Assembly: GCA_003528115.1 (NCBI GenBank)
Contig: DOGZ01000035.1
Coordinates: 5,674 to 61,981 of the forward strand
Reading direction: 5' to 3'
Source: Candidatus Omnitrophota bacterium
Lineage (GTDB): Bacteria > Omnitrophota > Gorgyraeia > Zapsychrales > Zapsychraceae
Length of the DNA stretch: 56,308 nucleotides
Part shown: piece after piece, positions 9,966-19,691 of the stretch
Layout of the letters: every line of letters begins with the position of its first letter
How positions within the stretch are numbered: position 1 is the first letter of the stretch
Notes under the pieces: generated by a model
What the model saw: the letters and a program-made list of their open reading frames with translations, nothing else
The model's database searches: none
What the model was told of the DNA's origin: nothing
Position numbers and translations under genes: made by a program

Positions 9966-12197
9966 TCAGATCCTTTTTGGCCTGTTTGAGATCCAGAGTT
10001 TTATGCTTGATAATAATAACCATAGAAAAATGAAAAGGAAGATGCCCAGAAGCGAATAATTTAATACATAAGACCAAACAGGACCAAACCGTAAATAGAC
10101 AACGTGCTCCCCTTGAGGAACCCATAACCCTTTAAAAGCAATATTCGCGCGCCACAAATCCACTTTTTGACCGTCAATAAATGCCTGCCAGCCGCTGTGA
10201 AACGTGTCGTTATACACAAGAAATTTCTTAGAATGGAAATGGGTCTTCAGTTTTATGAAATTAACGTCGAATCCCGCAACCCGTACTTCCGGCGAATTCT
10301 TTGTGATGATTTGCGCGTAAGGATGATGAGGTAGGACATCATCCGGGATATTCTTGGTTGTCCTGAGATGGTCTGTTGAACGATGTTCGTCAGAGGAAGA
10401 AATAAAAGCCGTATTTTCATTGTCCAGGAGGGCGCGGTCAATTCTTTCAAAATCCGTATTATCGTCAATCCATTCGACGTGGTCATAGGCGATTAATACG
10501 CGGTCTAAGTAAGCGCTCACAACGTGTTTAGGAAGATTTTGCCGGAAGGCGTTGTACCAATAAGTCCCTAGGTAAATATTTGTTGGTTTCCTCTCGATAT
10601 TTTCTTGTGATAAAGAAGAGGGATGGAGAGGTTGATTCATAAACGGCGGATGGCTTATGGAATCATCCGGGAGCGTGAGTCTTAGAAATGGTTTGTCGCC
10701 CTCGTACCGATAAGGGTCGGCGAGGGCTTGGGGGTTCTTGAGGGAATTATGATTAAGATAATGATACACCTCCAGGGGTTGGCAGAGGACCAGGATGAAT
10801 AAGAATAACGGCAGGGGCAGATTTTTTCCTTCCTGTCGGTGGGAGAAATAATAGACAAAAAAAACAAAACTTAGACAAAGGTTGGCATAGGAGGAAAGTG
10901 GTTTAATGTCCTGTTGATAAAGAAAAAGAACCAAGCCCGCGTGGACGATCAATAGGTAAGTGAAAAATGTGTATTTCTGAATTCTTGTTGCCGGGCGATA
11001 CGCGAACAAGAGGCGCAAGAGGTCTGAACAAATTAAGATAAAAATAGGAAGAATCCCAATCCAAAGGAAGTGATCATAGTTTCTAAAATATTTAAAATAA
11101 AAAATATGGTCGTATAAAAAACGATTGATGGGGACCGCGTCGGTCAAACTAAGGGAAAAAAGCGAGAAACCAACCGCGGAAAATAAAATTAATTTTTTAT
11201 TGATAGGCGCCATTGCCCCCATTGCGATAATTAAGAGCGAAAAGATGGGAATATAAAACTGGCCCAATGTGAAGTTTTCCAGGTTGGAAATAGTGTCATC
11301 CAGAACAATCATCGGTCGCGTGCCGCCCTCCTGAATTCTTTTAAAATCCACGGTAATCTGATTTTCGGATGTGGAATCGGCGTGTCTTTGCGGGATAATG
11401 ATTTCCCCTTTACCGGCATCCTGGAAGAATAAAAATCCTGGGACAAGGGACAGGCTAAGAGCGAGAAGACACATCGCGGCAAAGGTTTTATGGCCTTGAA
11501 CAAAAGAGAGATATCGGCGCAACAGGATTTTGGATTCCTTGAAATACAAAATGATAAAGAAAATAAGGAAAGTCAACACGATGGTCAAGAAATAAAAGGG
11601 AACGTAGGTTGTCGCCAGAATCATGAGGGTCAAGGTGATTCCCAGGAAATAGCATTTTTCCTGTTGGAGGGAAAATGAGATCAGAAAATAACAAAACCAG
11701 ATCATAGGGATTAAAGTTAATACGATATAAGAATCAAAAAGCCTTGTGCCTAAGGAGGAAAACATCAAGAGCAGATAAGCGGCAAAGGCCGTGATGGGGT
11801 CTTTGAGGACGCGCTGGGCCAATAAGAAAAATCCCAGCATCCCAAGAAAATAGTAAACGGTTAAGAAGACAAGATACGAGGAGAGATAGGACAAGCCCAG
11901 AACATTAAAAAGGAGGATGAGATAAAAAAGAGGATTGAAAGAACCGATTCTTCTTAAGAAAAATTCTGAGGGGACGCCAAATTCCCGTGAGGACTCCCAC
12001 ATCGGATATACGCCGCGGCTTATGTTATCCAAATAAAATTTAAAGTGTTCATAGTAGGCCGCGGCATCCCCTATCAGGAGGGATTTGTTTAAAATAAAAC
12101 CGCGCATCAAAAACCCCCATACAAGAAAAGAAGCCAAAAGCAGAAAGGCCATGCGCCTGGAACAAAATATCTCTTTTATTTTTTCAAGAAAATTCAT
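9966..12197 (-). CDS. YfhO-like polytopic membrane protein (GT-C fold glycosyltransferase candidate)
   Basis: Many TM helices, early acidic loop (IGD...YPMW), C-terminal FLVYNDTFHSGWQAFIDG...RANIAFKGLWVPQGEHVV followed by a final TM, as in YfhO. Confidence 0.75.
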   Translation of the reverse strand: MNFLEKIKEIFCSRRMAFLLLASFLVWGFLMRGFILNKSLLIGDAAAYYEHFKFYLDNISRGVYPMWESSREFGVPSEFFLRRIGSFNPLFYLILLFNVLGLSYLSSYLVFLTVYYFLGMLGFFLLAQRVLKDPITAFAAYLLLMFSSLGTRLFDSYIVLTLIPMIWFCYFLISFSLQQEKCYFLGITLTLMILATTYVPFYFLTIVLTFLIFFIILYFKESKILLRRYLSFVQGHKTFAAMCLLALSLSLVPGFLFFQDAGKGEIIIPQRHADSTSENQITVDFKRIQEGGTRPMIVLDDTISNLENFTLGQFYIPIFSLLIIAMGAMAPINKKLILFSAVGFSLFSLSLTDAVPINRFLYDHIFYFKYFRNYDHFLWIGILPIFILICSDLLRLLFAYRPATRIQKYTFFTYLLIVHAGLVLFLYQQDIKPLSSYANLCLSFVFFVYYFSHRQEGKNLPLPLFLFILVLCQPLEVYHYLNHNSLKNPQALADPYRYEGDKPFLRLTLPDDSISHPPFMNQPLHPSSLSQENIERKPTNIYLGTYWYNAFRQNLPKHVVSAYLDRVLIAYDHVEWIDDNTDFERIDRALLDNENTAFISSSDEHRSTDHLRTTKNIPDDVLPHHPYAQIITKNSPEVRVAGFDVNFIKLKTHFHSKKFLVYNDTFHSGWQAFIDGQKVDLWRANIAFKGLWVPQGEHVVYLRFGPVWSYVLNYSLLGIFLFIFLWLLLSSIKLWISNRPKRI

Positions 12198-12269
12198 AAT
12201 ATATGAAGGTTTATGGGTAAGAAATTTTTTGATCGGTAGTATTATAGGAAAAGCCTAGAAAGAAGAGAA

Positions 12270-13472
12270 TTGAAAATTTTTTTATTTCACCTAAGTTCCA
12301 CAAAAATCGTCACGGGCCTTTTATTCTGTATTCTTATAGGTGTTGGGTTTAATCTGGCGCTTTCCAAACCTGTCTGGAATGATGAAATATACACACAGAT
12401 CGCAAGCGTAGAACAGCATTCTTATAGACAAATGTTCGTTGGCCAGATTGCCGAGGGAAATAATAGTCCATTGTTTTACAGCCTCCAGAAAATAATTTGC
12501 CGCTTATTCCAATATCAGTTTCCCTTAGACCATAACCCCGGGGTCTTGGAGGATGGAAAATCACAGATTATCCTTCGCTTGGGCCCTAATGTTTTTATGT
12601 CACTGGCTATTTGTCTTATCTTTTATTATTTCAGCCGTTATTATTCTTATTGGGTGGGGATTTATGGGCTCGCGTTCGCCCTGTCTTCCCTTATGGTTTG
12701 GATGTATTGGGTCGAGGCCAGGCCGTACGGATTATGGTTTTTGTTAACGACAGTCCAGGCTGTGCTCTTTTTGCATTTGACCACAACTAATAATTTGTCA
12801 GAGACCTCTGAGACGGTTGAGCAAAATCCGGAAAGCAGGAACAAGACATTAGGTTGGCTCATAGGGACGCATTTTTTATTGTCTTTCACAAGTATTTTTA
12901 GTGTGGCTCAAGTCGTTATTGTCGCGCTCTTGTTAAGGTTCAGAGATTTAAAGAGGAATTTATTTCTTGCCCTGGGACCTGTTTGTATCGCACTTTTTTA
13001 TTATGCGCGGGCCCCCAAATATCAGTTTCATTTTACAAAGACGTTTGTTCAATTGATCACAGAGTGTGTCCCTCAAGACCAGATTCTGATGTTTTTGCTT
13101 TATGCTGCCTTGGGGATGGGTGTTGTTTTTCAACAAAGAATTCTTAGGCAGAAAATGCTCTTTGACCGTTCGTTGCGGGAGGGAAGACACTTTATGCTTT
13201 ATTTATTTCTCATGTTCATGGCCGCGCTGGCGGTTCTTGTCCTTTTTAAATTGGGAGAAGCGCATGACCAGAAAGGATTTGGGATTACCCACCGATATTT
13301 TATTTTCTTAACCCCCGTAAGTCTTGTCGCCACAACAGTATTTTCTGTCCATTTCATCAGGGCATTCAAGGCCTGGCCGTGGTTACGGATTAATATCGTG
13401 ATGGGATTAAGTGTCTGGATGATTATAAATTTCTTAAGAAATGGTATGTGGTTTTTATGGATGATGTATTGA
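12270..13472 (+). CDS. GT-C (PMT/GT39-like) integral membrane glycosyltransferase candidate
   Basis: First-loop WNDE motif, NSPLFY, EARPY, HRYFIF; about 10 TM helices. Confidence 0.7.
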   Translation: MKIFLFHLSSTKIVTGLLFCILIGVGFNLALSKPVWNDEIYTQIASVEQHSYRQMFVGQIAEGNNSPLFYSLQKIICRLFQYQFPLDHNPGVLEDGKSQIILRLGPNVFMSLAICLIFYYFSRYYSYWVGIYGLAFALSSLMVWMYWVEARPYGLWFLLTTVQAVLFLHLTTTNNLSETSETVEQNPESRNKTLGWLIGTHFLLSFTSIFSVAQVVIVALLLRFRDLKRNLFLALGPVCIALFYYARAPKYQFHFTKTFVQLITECVPQDQILMFLLYAALGMGVVFQQRILRQKMLFDRSLREGRHFMLYLFLMFMAALAVLVLFKLGEAHDQKGFGITHRYFIFLTPVSLVATTVFSVHFIRAFKAWPWLRINIVMGLSVWMIINFLRNGMWFLWMMY

Positions 13473-13510
13473 TGACCATTGGGGTACATGATTTTTGCTG
13501 AGGTCCTTAG

Positions 13511-14452
13511 ATGAAAAATAAAATTGAAATATTCAAACTCATCGGCAAATGGGGTATTACGGCGAGTTTCTTTATTTATTGCCTTGTCATAATTATTCAC
13601 GTTTACGAGCAAGCCAAAATAAAAACATTAAATCATATTATGCCGGTCTCGTTTAATCATCTTTTGGAGATAGGGCAGAGTGTCAACAAAATTTCTTCTG
13701 GGAGCGCGGATAAAAAAGATGAAAAAGTTCATTTTAGGTTAAAAGAGTATGAGCGTTATTATAGAGCCGTGACTCATTATATGCCTCAATACGGGGAGGC
13801 TCATGGGATGTATGGGTTTTGCGCTTATTATTTAGGAAAGGAGAGGTCGGCCATTGCTTCTTATAAAAGGGCTATCGCGTTAACTCCCGATTTTTTTTAT
13901 TTTAACAGTAATCTGGGGATTATTTATTTTCAAAAGGGGGACTATGAGAGGGCGGTTGAGATGTTTAAAAAGGCCATAAGGACATCGCCGGAGAAAACTT
14001 TAAAGACGGTTTTAGCATCAAAGATTTACAGGCAGATCATGGTCGGAAATCCTCATCTTATCCAGAGGATGGCCGCCAACTGGATAGCCAATCGTCAAGA
14101 AACGTATCAGATGCTCATTTTGAGTCTTTACCAACTTCATGATTTCTCGGAGATGTTTTTAAGGGCCCAAGAGGCTATTCAGTCAGGCGGGCAGCGGAAC
14201 GGGTTTTTTTATTATTACGCCGGGTTAGCCGCGTATGAACTGAAAGATTATCCCAAGGCGGCCGCTTTCCTGGCGGGATGTCTTAAAAGAGAATACGAAC
14301 ATCCTGACACTCTTCACTATTTGGGACTTTCTTTGAAAAATCTTGGTCAAGAGGATATGGCGGATAATTTCTTTAAAAGAGCGGCGGAGTTACGTGCGTC
14401 AAAGAACGCGCTCCTATCGGAAGAAATCAGGGCGGCGGTTAAATTATTCTAA
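13511..14452 (+). CDS. Membrane-anchored tetratricopeptide-repeat protein
   Basis: N-terminal TM plus TPRs (AHGMYGFCAYY, SNLGIIYF, FYYYAGLAAY, LHYLGLSL); paralog of 9045..9959. Confidence 0.82.
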   Translation: MKNKIEIFKLIGKWGITASFFIYCLVIIIHVYEQAKIKTLNHIMPVSFNHLLEIGQSVNKISSGSADKKDEKVHFRLKEYERYYRAVTHYMPQYGEAHGMYGFCAYYLGKERSAIASYKRAIALTPDFFYFNSNLGIIYFQKGDYERAVEMFKKAIRTSPEKTLKTVLASKIYRQIMVGNPHLIQRMAANWIANRQETYQMLILSLYQLHDFSEMFLRAQEAIQSGGQRNGFFYYYAGLAAYELKDYPKAAAFLAGCLKREYEHPDTLHYLGLSLKNLGQEDMADNFFKRAAELRASKNALLSEEIRAAVKLF

Positions 14453-14469
14453 GGCTAAGAAATTAATGA

Positions 14470-14498
14470 TTGACATGAAAAATAATGTCTATTATAGT
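14470..14498 (+). promoter_or_regulatory. Sigma70 promoter of the btu/cob operon
   Basis: TTGACA(14470-14475)-17 bp-TATAGT(14493-14498), about 50 nt upstream of the riboswitch. Confidence 0.75.
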
Positions 14499-14546
14499 TC
14501 TGTTCACTTTGTAGTGATCCCTTGCTCTTTAAATATTTAAAATATT

Positions 14547-14663
14547 CTATGCCGGTCCCCCGATGGGGGGGGTAAAAGGAAATCCTGTGAAATTCAGGAG
14601 CGGTCCCGCCGCTGTAACTGCTCGTACTGTGTTTGAGCGGAAGTCAGAACACTGCCGGTATAG
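14547..14663 (+). ncRNA. Cobalamin (B12) riboswitch, compact form
   Basis: P1 CTATGCCGG/CCGGTATAG, GGT...TAAAAGGAA, T-loop hairpin TCCTGTGAAATTCAGGA, GCGGTCCCGCCGCTGTAA, B12 box GGAAGTCAGAACACTGCC; upstream of btuB. Confidence 0.93.
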
Positions 14664-14733
14664 TTTATCAATGAGTACTGCTTAGGACAGTATACGTTGA
14701 ACATAAATTTGGGAAGAAGTAAAGAGGGTGCAC

Positions 14734-14769
14734 TCCCAACTGAAGCGATTTTCAGTTGGGATTTTTTTT
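14734..14769 (+). terminator. Intrinsic terminator in the riboswitch expression platform
   Basis: Stem TCCCAACTGAA/TTCAGTTGGGA followed by T8. Confidence 0.85.
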
Positions 14770-14811
14770 GTGCGCCCGATCGAAAGCTTTTAAGGAAAGA
14801 AAGGAAAAGAA

Positions 14812-16830
14812 ATGAAGAAAATGCCTGGTTGTTTGTTATTTGTCTTATTTTTTATGGTAAACCCGTTGAGTATGATTTATGCCGAGATGGAATCGGAGTC
14901 CGAACCTGTTGTGGTGACGGCCACCCGCATTGCCCAGCATGATTATAAGATCGCGGGCAATGTCACGGTCATTACTCAAGAACAGATTGAGGCCTCCAAC
15001 GCGCAGAATATCCCGGATGTCCTCCAAGAAGCTCTGGGCGTTCATGTGTATAATTTTAACACCGTTAAATCCTCTATTCTCGATATCCGCGGCTTTGGGG
15101 ACACGGCTTCAAGAAATGTGCTTGTCTTGGTCAATGATCACAAGATCAATAATGTGGATATGTCCGGGGCGGATCTTGTCCAGATCCCTATCGAGGCGGT
15201 GGAGAGAATTGAGATCATCCGAGGGGGAGGGACTGTTCTTTATGGAGACAACGCCGTCGGAGGGGTCGTGAACATTATTACCAAGAAAGGGAAGGGAAAT
15301 TTGTCGGGAAAATGGGGGACGACCTACGGCAGTTATGACACGCAAGGGACGGATGTGGAGGCTTCCGGCGAGGCTCGCAACGTTTCTTATTATTTTTATT
15401 CAAAATATCTGGACCAAAGAGGATACAGGCAGAACAGCGATTTTCTCGGAAAGGATTTTAACACGCGGTTAGGGTATGATTTCTCGGAGAAAATCAAAGC
15501 GGACCTTAATGTGGGCTGGCATGAGGACAATCAGGAGTTGCCGGGTTCGCTGACGGCGGCCCAATTGTCGAGTCTCGGAAGAGAGGTCTCCGTTTATGAA
15601 AGCGACATGTCGTATACGACCGATCGATATATTAAACTGGCTCTGGACGCGGATCCATGGCCGGAGGATGTCTATTTTGGAAATTTCGTCGTTGATCTGT
15701 ACTATCGCAACCGGGATGTGTATGATGAATTCAATGGGTTTGGAGCGTATCACACCAAACGGGTGATGGATACCAAGGGTATTTCCACCAAATATATTTT
15801 CAACAAGCCTGTTTTCAACAAAGAGATCAATTTCGTGACCGGGATTGATTATTATGACACGGAGAGTGATATCCTGGGCAGCGGAGATAACGTCGATGAT
15901 CTCACGATTTCTAAAGAAGAGATGGGAATATATGGTTTCCTGGAGTTCGAGACCATGGAGCATATCTTTGTGAACGGCGGCACAAGGTATCATAAGGCGG
16001 ATTATGCCTTTAGTCAGCGCAATGTCGCCGTGGATCAGAAGCAGAGTCCGGAGGAGTGGGTATCGATGGGGGGATTAAAATATGAATACGCCGAGGGTTC
16101 CAATCTCCACATGAACGTTCAGCAGACATTCCGTTTCTTGGCGACGGATGAGTGGTATAGTTCCGCGAATTTTCCGTTTTTCGGGATCGCGCCGGGGTTG
16201 CAACTGGATCTCAAGCAACAGACGGGAATTCAATATGAAATGGGTGTTAAACATCAATTCGATAAAGCCGCGATGCTGACCGTGACGCCGTACATGATGG
16301 ATTTAAAGAATGAGATATTTTTTGATCCCGTGACAGGCGCCAACAGTAATTACAATAAGACGCGCCGGTTTGGTGTTGAAGGGGAAGGACGCGTAGACCT
16401 GCTGCATTTTTGGGAGATTTCTTTTTTGAACAAGTTGGAATTCTTTTCCAACTATACCTACCAGGTCCCTCAATTTGTCAACGGCGATAGCGACGGCAAG
16501 GATATTCCTTTTGTCCCGAGGCATCAGGCCGGCGCGGGAATCGTAACCGGGTTTCTCAAGAATTACAGCTTTACCTTAAACGGCCGGTATATCGGTGCGC
16601 GGTTTGCCATCAATGACACGCTCAATGAGACTTCTCCGGCGAAGCCTTATTACGTCTTGGATGGAAAGGTCGCTTATGAGTTGGATAATTTCGAGATATT
16701 CGCCGGGATCCATAATATGACCGACGCGTTATATTCCTCTTTTGTGGCTAAATCCACTTTTTCATCGGAAAAGTCTTATTTCCCCGCGCCGGAAAGAAAT
16801 TTTCTTTTTGGGATGAATGTTAAATTCTAA
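14812..16830 (+). CDS. btuB: TonB-dependent corrinoid receptor
   Basis: Signal peptide, TonB box EPVVVTATR, plug IERIEIIRG-like motif...LYGDNAVGGVVNIITK, C-terminal Phe; first gene after the B12 riboswitch. Confidence 0.88.
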   Translation: MKKMPGCLLFVLFFMVNPLSMIYAEMESESEPVVVTATRIAQHDYKIAGNVTVITQEQIEASNAQNIPDVLQEALGVHVYNFNTVKSSILDIRGFGDTASRNVLVLVNDHKINNVDMSGADLVQIPIEAVERIEIIRGGGTVLYGDNAVGGVVNIITKKGKGNLSGKWGTTYGSYDTQGTDVEASGEARNVSYYFYSKYLDQRGYRQNSDFLGKDFNTRLGYDFSEKIKADLNVGWHEDNQELPGSLTAAQLSSLGREVSVYESDMSYTTDRYIKLALDADPWPEDVYFGNFVVDLYYRNRDVYDEFNGFGAYHTKRVMDTKGISTKYIFNKPVFNKEINFVTGIDYYDTESDILGSGDNVDDLTISKEEMGIYGFLEFETMEHIFVNGGTRYHKADYAFSQRNVAVDQKQSPEEWVSMGGLKYEYAEGSNLHMNVQQTFRFLATDEWYSSANFPFFGIAPGLQLDLKQQTGIQYEMGVKHQFDKAAMLTVTPYMMDLKNEIFFDPVTGANSNYNKTRRFGVEGEGRVDLLHFWEISFLNKLEFFSNYTYQVPQFVNGDSDGKDIPFVPRHQAGAGIVTGFLKNYSFTLNGRYIGARFAINDTLNETSPAKPYYVLDGKVAYELDNFEIFAGIHNMTDALYSSFVAKSTFSSEKSYFPAPERNFLFGMNVKF

Positions 16831-16858
16831 AATGATTACACGGAATCAGTGAAGAGCA

Positions 16859-17809
16859 ATGAAAAGTACGGGAAAATTCATCTGGTTTTTTACGCTGTTT
16901 CTGGGAGGGATGATCGCGCTGCAGTGCCTGAGAGGACCGTGCCCGCTCAGTCCGGCGGGGAACGTCCTTTCTTCCGCTGTTGACGCGCCGGCGGCTCCCG
17001 CGAAAAAAACGTACACCCGTATCGTTTCCTTACTGCCTTCCGTCACCGAGATCCTTTATGCCTTGAAAGTCGAGGACAGGATTGTGGGGGTTACCCGTTT
17101 CTGCAAATTCCCTCCCGAAGCCCGGCAAAAGCCGCAAGTCGGGGGGTATATGGATACGAACTATGAAGCGGTGTACCGCCTAAGGCCGGATCTTGTGTTG
17201 GTGGAAACGCGCGACAGTAACCAGAAAGAAAAGTTTGAAGAAATGGGTTTAGAGGTGTTGGAAGCGGACACGAAAAGTGTCCGTGGGGTTCTGGATTCGA
17301 TCCGTTTTATCGGAGGAGTCTTAGACCGTGAAGAGATCGCCTCCTTGATCGTCAAGGACATTGAAGCCAAAATAACGGAGATCGAGGAGAAAACGAAAGA
17401 CATGCCCCGACCGCGCGTTCTGGTCACCTTTATGCGACCTCTTGGGGAAGGACGGGTTCGGGATGTGTATATTTCAGGCAACAATTCGTATTTTCATGAT
17501 CTGATTTGGATGTCCGGAGGACAGAACGCGTATGATGGGCCCAAGCACATTACCAGTCCGATTGTCTCTCCGGAGGGAATCCTCCAAATGAATCCGGACG
17601 TGATTATTGAAATCATGACTCGGCTCGGCCAGACAAATTTTTCCGTGGACGATGCCCTCAAGGATTGGGATTCACTCTCTGAGGTCAAGGCGTATCAAAA
17701 TAAGAGAATCTATGTGTTAACGGATAATTATCTCGATATCCCGGGGCCGCGACTGAAACTGGCACTCGAGGTCATGGCCAGGTGTATTCATCCGGAAGTT
17801 TCATGGTGA
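16859..17809 (+). CDS. btuF: Corrinoid ABC transporter periplasmic binding protein
   Basis: RIVSLLPSVTEILYAL, VGVTRFCKFP, PGPR motifs of BtuF-type helical-backbone receptors. Confidence 0.88.
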   Translation: MKSTGKFIWFFTLFLGGMIALQCLRGPCPLSPAGNVLSSAVDAPAAPAKKTYTRIVSLLPSVTEILYALKVEDRIVGVTRFCKFPPEARQKPQVGGYMDTNYEAVYRLRPDLVLVETRDSNQKEKFEEMGLEVLEADTKSVRGVLDSIRFIGGVLDREEIASLIVKDIEAKITEIEEKTKDMPRPRVLVTFMRPLGEGRVRDVYISGNNSYFHDLIWMSGGQNAYDGPKHITSPIVSPEGILQMNPDVIIEIMTRLGQTNFSVDDALKDWDSLSEVKAYQNKRIYVLTDNYLDIPGPRLKLALEVMARCIHPEVSW

Positions 17810-18681
17810 GGGATGGGGAAAAACCGGGAAGACCATTTATGGAAATAAAGAAACGACAAAGCCGGGAGGAAGGACAAGACCGCGCGATGGGTTATCCGGC
17901 GCCGGCCATCAACATCAAGCAATTTTCTTTTTGTTATGGATCCAGAGAGATTCTTCATGAGATCAATATGTCCGTCAACGTCGGCGAGTATGTTTCGATC
18001 ATCGGGCCGAACGGAGCGGGAAAGTCTACGGTATTAAAGTGTATCAACCGCATTGTCAAGGGCGGACAGGGGACGATTGAATTGTTCGGCCGTCCGCTGG
18101 CTTCGTACAGTCAAAAACAGCTTGGCAGTTTGATCGGCTATGTCCCCCAGTCACGCGAACAGCCTTCTGTCTATACCGTCGAAGAGTTTGTGATGATGGG
18201 CCGGTATCCTCATCTGCAGGCGTTCGCCCCTTCTCAAAAAGAGGATGAACGCATCGTGCGGGAGGCGCTTTGTTTGACGGGCTTGCAGGATCTTTCTTGT
18301 CGGCTGATGAGGCATCTCAGCGGAGGGGAGAGACAAAAAGTTTATTTAGCCGCGGCGCTGGCGCAACAACCCAAGATTCTCTTGTTGGATGAGCCGACAA
18401 CGCATTTGGATCCGAAACACCACATCGAGATCCAGAAAATCATCTCGGATATCTGCTCGCAAGGGGGAATGACGGTCCTGCATGTGACGCATGATCTGAG
18501 TTATATCTATTATTGGAGTCAAAAGATTGTGGCCATCAAAGACGGGCGGGTGCATTCCAGCGGATTACCGCGGGATGTGATGAAGTCGGAGAATTTATAT
18601 CAAATTTTTGACGCGCCTTTCTTAAGGATCCCGCATCCTGTGGCCAAACACGATATCATTATTCCCGAGGTTCACGCGTGA
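17782..18681 (+). CDS. btuD: Corrinoid ABC transporter ATP-binding protein (true start probably downstream, ~17839 or 17887)
   Basis: Walker A GPNGAGKS, signature LSGGE, Walker B LLLDEPT, MGRYPH motif of FepC/BtuD-type ATPases. Confidence 0.87.
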   Translation: MYSSGSFMVRDGEKPGRPFMEIKKRQSREEGQDRAMGYPAPAINIKQFSFCYGSREILHEINMSVNVGEYVSIIGPNGAGKSTVLKCINRIVKGGQGTIELFGRPLASYSQKQLGSLIGYVPQSREQPSVYTVEEFVMMGRYPHLQAFAPSQKEDERIVREALCLTGLQDLSCRLMRHLSGGERQKVYLAAALAQQPKILLLDEPTTHLDPKHHIEIQKIISDICSQGGMTVLHVTHDLSYIYYWSQKIVAIKDGRVHSSGLPRDVMKSENLYQIFDAPFLRIPHPVAKHDIIIPEVHA

Positions 18682-19691
18682 TCGAGTCCTTGCCTCTCCA
18701 TAGATTAAAGAAGCCCTCGGTCCTGCTCGCGCTCTTGAGCTGTGCCGTATTCACGCTTGTCTTGTCGCCTTTTATCGGGGCGGGCCAGGTATTGCTCAAG
18801 GAGGTTTTTACTTTTCCCTCTGCTAGCGTGGAACACAATATTTTTTGGCAAATGCGCTTGCCCAGGGTCCTGGTGGGATTTCTCGTCGGTGGGATTCTGG
18901 CTTTAAGCGGGATGGTGTTCCAATCGTTGTTTCGCAATCCGCTCGTTTCTCCTTTCACGCTTGGGGTGTCCGCCGGCGCCTCTTTTGGGGCCGCGGTTTA
19001 TATCTGGCTAAGATTCGCGTTTACGATTTTTGGGATTTCCGGCACGACGGTTTTTTCTTATTTGGGAGCGCTCGTATCAATCTATTTTGTTTGGTCATTG
19101 GCCAAGATGAAATTTGGTTCTTCGATCTCAAAGATGCTTTTGGCCGGCGTGGCGGTCAGTTTCTTTTTTGTCAGTCTGATTATGTTTATCCAGTATCTTA
19201 GCGACTACGATCAATCCGTGAAGATCTCACGCTGGTTGATGGGGGGGTTGTATGTCTTTGGATATGACACGGTCAGGGATATGTTTTTTCTCGCCGTAAT
19301 CGGATTAGCGGCGATTTTTTATTTCTCGCATGAACTGAATTTATTAACCACAGGGGAAGAGATCGCTGTCAGCCGCGGGGTTGATTTAAAATGGACGGTC
19401 AAAGGTTTATTTCTTGTGATTTCCCTGATGATGGGGGGCATTGTTTCGATTTGCGGGCCGATTGGTTTTGTGGATATTATCGCGCCTCATGTCTGCCGTC
19501 TCTTGATCGGCCATGACCACCGTTATTTGACACCCGCGACATTTTTACTGGGGGGCGCGTTCCTGGTGCTGTGCGACACCTTCGCCCGGACCATCGCGGC
19601 CCCGGCGGAAATCCCGGTGGGGGTCATCACGGCCCTGTTAGGCGGGCCATTCTTTTTGTGGCTTCTCAGAGGAAGAGGGAATGATGGCTGA
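18678..19691 (+). CDS. btuC: Corrinoid ABC transporter permease (FecCD family)
   Basis: RLPRV, QSLFRNPLVSP-LGVSAGA, GPIGFV, EIPVGVITALLGGPFF. Confidence 0.9.
   Translation: MIESLPLHRLKKPSVLLALLSCAVFTLVLSPFIGAGQVLLKEVFTFPSASVEHNIFWQMRLPRVLVGFLVGGILALSGMVFQSLFRNPLVSPFTLGVSAGASFGAAVYIWLRFAFTIFGISGTTVFSYLGALVSIYFVWSLAKMKFGSSISKMLLAGVAVSFFFVSLIMFIQYLSDYDQSVKISRWLMGGLYVFGYDTVRDMFFLAVIGLAAIFYFSHELNLLTTGEEIAVSRGVDLKWTVKGLFLVISLMMGGIVSICGPIGFVDIIAPHVCRLLIGHDHRYLTPATFLLGGAFLVLCDTFARTIAAPAEIPVGVITALLGGPFFLWLLRGRGNDG

Noticed and set aside
14697-14942. 81-aa leader-peptide ORF before btuB
   Set aside because: Crosses the terminator and overlaps btuB out of frame; the riboswitch explains the region.
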